A DNA stretch of 64,000 nucleotides from a virus (Duplodnaviria > Caudoviricetes): positions 1-64,000 of the IMG/VR virus record IMGVR_UViG_2562617114_000001. The stretch is one strand, 5' to 3'. The notes under the pieces were generated by a model. It saw nothing but the letters and a program-made list of their open reading frames with translations, did not search any database and was not told where the DNA came from. Shown piece by piece: positions 62,188 through 64,000 of this stretch (positions are counted from its first letter, which is position 1; each line of letters begins with the position of its first letter). A program made the position numbers and the translations under genes.

Positions 62188-64000
62188 ATGGTCAGCCGCA
62201 CCGCTACCCTCAGACTCCAGCTCATCGATTCGGTAAGCGGCCCCTCAAAGAATGCGGCCGGCGCGATCAGCAGCATCAATTCGGCGCTCGCCAAGCTCGG
62301 AAAGGGCGGGTCGCCCGAGATCCGGCGACTGGCAAAGCAGCTCGAGTACCTTCAGAAGAAGGCGGGTTCGATTGAGGATTTCACGGCTACTCGCCGTGGC
62401 TTCAAGGATCTCGCCACGCAGATGAAGGCGGCGCAGAGCAACGTCTCCCGTCTCGAGGCCGCGCTTAAATCCGCATCCAAGCCTACAGCGAAAATGAAAG
62501 CGGATCTCGAGTCCGCCAAGGCCTCCCTGCGATCGACCACACAAGCCTTTAGGGACCAAGGGAACGCCGTCCGCCAGTCGGAACGTGCCCTGCAATCATA
62601 CGGTATCGCCGGCCGCCGTGGGATCTCCAGCTCGCAGCAGGCAATTCGCAATGAGATCGGCAAGACGATTCGCGAAATGCGTCGCCTCGACCAGGAGGCG
62701 CGCAAACCCAAGCCGCCGACCCCGCGGCCGCCACCTAGCCAGCGCCCTCCCGGCGGAGGATCTCCAGCCTATGACGCCGTCACGGCGGTGGGCGGCGGCG
62801 TGGTCGCCAACACCGGCAAGAACATTGCTCAGAAGTCGTTTTTCCTAGGCGTCGACTTCAACCGGGCCGCTGAATACCAAGCCGCGTTGGGTGACTTCAA
62901 AGGCGCCGATCGGAACGCGCTCAATCGTCAAGCCGAGAAGATCGGTGGCGACACCCGCTTTTCGAACGTGGATGTCGTCCGAGCGCAGACCACCGTCCTC
63001 CAGCGCGGTATCCGCGACGTGAAGCAGATCTTGGATCTGACGCAGAAGGTCACCGATTATTCGCTTGCCATGGGCGTCACTCTCGAGGAAGGCGCTGAGG
63101 CGGTGACCGGCTCGGCACTGTCGAAGCGCATCGATCTTCAGGATACCAAGGCTATCGGCAACTTTGTCGATTTCATGGTCTGGATGGCGAAGAACGGCGG
63201 TATGTCGAATGACGACGTCAGCCAGTTCGTCAAATACGGCGGTGCGCCTACGACGGGCGCCAAGCTGTCTGATGAAACCATGGCAGCCATGGGCATGATC
63301 CTCCGCCGCTCCGGAGTGCGAGGAGACGAGGCCGGCGTGTTCGCCCGCTCGGCCGCATCCAAGCTTGTGGCTCCCACTCAGAAGGGCAAGGACGCCCTGG
63401 CTGCGATGGGTATCGACTTCAGTAAGTTCACGTCGATCGACTCCATGAATGAGGCCGGTATCGGCATCATGATGAAGCAGAAGTTCGCAGCCACCCTCAC
63501 TGACGACATGAAGCAGAAGGTTAGGGAGCTCATCCAAAACGGTGAGTTCACGGACCAGGAAACCGGTGAGAGCCGATCGGTCATCTCGGACACCGGCGAG
63601 TTCGCTTCGCAAATGAGCCAGATCCTCGCCCCTTTGTTCACCGATAAGAATGGGAAGATGTCTGTTCAAGACGCCAAGGCCCTTTCGAAGGCTCTTGCCG
63701 ACTACCAGAAGTATTCCATCGACAGCGTCGACACGATGGGGCTGCTCAACGCGATCGCCGGCGCGCAGCCGGGTATCGGCAACCTCAATGCTTTCTTCAC
63801 CGACAAGCAGGGTGGCCGCGCCAACATGATCTTCTCGCAATGGGCAGAATTTCAGAGGCTGCTCGGGATGATGCAGAACGTTCCCGGTGGGATCGCAAAC
63901 AAGATCGGTACCGAAGCGAACCAGGGCATCTACGGTGATTGGACGAAGCTGACCGGTACCATCGAAACAGCGATGACCCGCATCGGGCAGGATTGGGAGT
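62188..64000 (+). CDS. Tape measure protein (5' part, truncated by window)
   Basis: Own translation MVSRTATLRLQLIDSVSGP..., helical, LNRQAEKIGGDTRFSNVDV; missing from ORF track because no stop in window. Confidence 0.92.
   Translation, partial: MVSRTATLRLQLIDSVSGPSKNAAGAISSINSALAKLGKGGSPEIRRLAKQLEYLQKKAGSIEDFTATRRGFKDLATQMKAAQSNVSRLEAALKSASKPTAKMKADLESAKASLRSTTQAFRDQGNAVRQSERALQSYGIAGRRGISSSQQAIRNEIGKTIREMRRLDQEARKPKPPTPRPPPSQRPPGGGSPAYDAVTAVGGGVVANTGKNIAQKSFFLGVDFNRAAEYQAALGDFKGADRNALNRQAEKIGGDTRFSNVDVVRAQTTVLQRGIRDVKQILDLTQKVTDYSLAMGVTLEEGAEAVTGSALSKRIDLQDTKAIGNFVDFMVWMAKNGGMSNDDVSQFVKYGGAPTTGAKLSDETMAAMGMILRRSGVRGDEAGVFARSAASKLVAPTQKGKDALAAMGIDFSKFTSIDSMNEAGIGIMMKQKFAATLTDDMKQKVRELIQNGEFTDQETGESRSVISDTGEFASQMSQILAPLFTDKNGKMSVQDAKALSKALADYQKYSIDSVDTMGLLNAIAGAQPGIGNLNAFFTDKQGGRANMIFSQWAEFQRLLGMMQNVPGGIANKIGTEANQGIYGDWTKLTGTIETAMTRIGQDWE

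Larger units (their letters stand above)
1..64000. mobile_element. Temperate phage / prophage (lambda-like packaging, P2-like contractile tail); continues beyond right edge
   Basis: Integrase and att at left edge, CI/Cro switch, primase/helicase, terminase, portal, capsid, baseplate, sheath, tube and tape measure in phage order; no host housekeeping operons. Confidence 0.97.

Overview
The whole window is one temperate phage (prophage) with a contractile tail, probably from a Rhizobiaceae-type alphaproteobacterium (inferred from GcrA-like and GapR-like genes and the codon style). It starts at an attachment site: nt 1-44 are the 3' half of an initiator-type tRNA-Met, overlapped on the opposite strand by the C-terminus of a large serine integrase. 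Layout: (i) 1-12.5 kb, leftward integration/recombination arm (integrase, J-domain protein, RecD/Dda-like helicase, DnaQ-like exonuclease, RecT, RecE-like nuclease, SMC-like ATPase); (ii) 13.2-14.3 kb, CI/Cro switch; (iii) 14.3-21.9 kb, rightward replication/methylation arm (GcrA-like, GapR-like, HNH, MT-A70 and Dcm-like methylases, RuvC-like, primase, DnaB); (iv) 21.7-40 kb, a large leftward accessory block; (v) a lambda-like cos site at about 40.73 kb, then terminase, portal, protease-capsid fusion, P2-like baseplate/tail genes and a tape measure that runs off the window. No lysis genes were recognised. The accessory block is the most interesting part. It ends next to cos and carries the same ATACG-N3-CGTAT operator as the CI/Cro switch. 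It begins with a structured leader of about 570 nt containing a boxA, and 13 of its genes have a small covarying NNYA-tetraloop hairpin just upstream of the Shine-Dalgarno. Nine divergent small paralogues are interleaved with a MoxR-type AAA+ ATPase, a metallopeptidase-VWA protein and a DUF3150-like protein. All family assignments come from motif recognition by eye; no searches were run.
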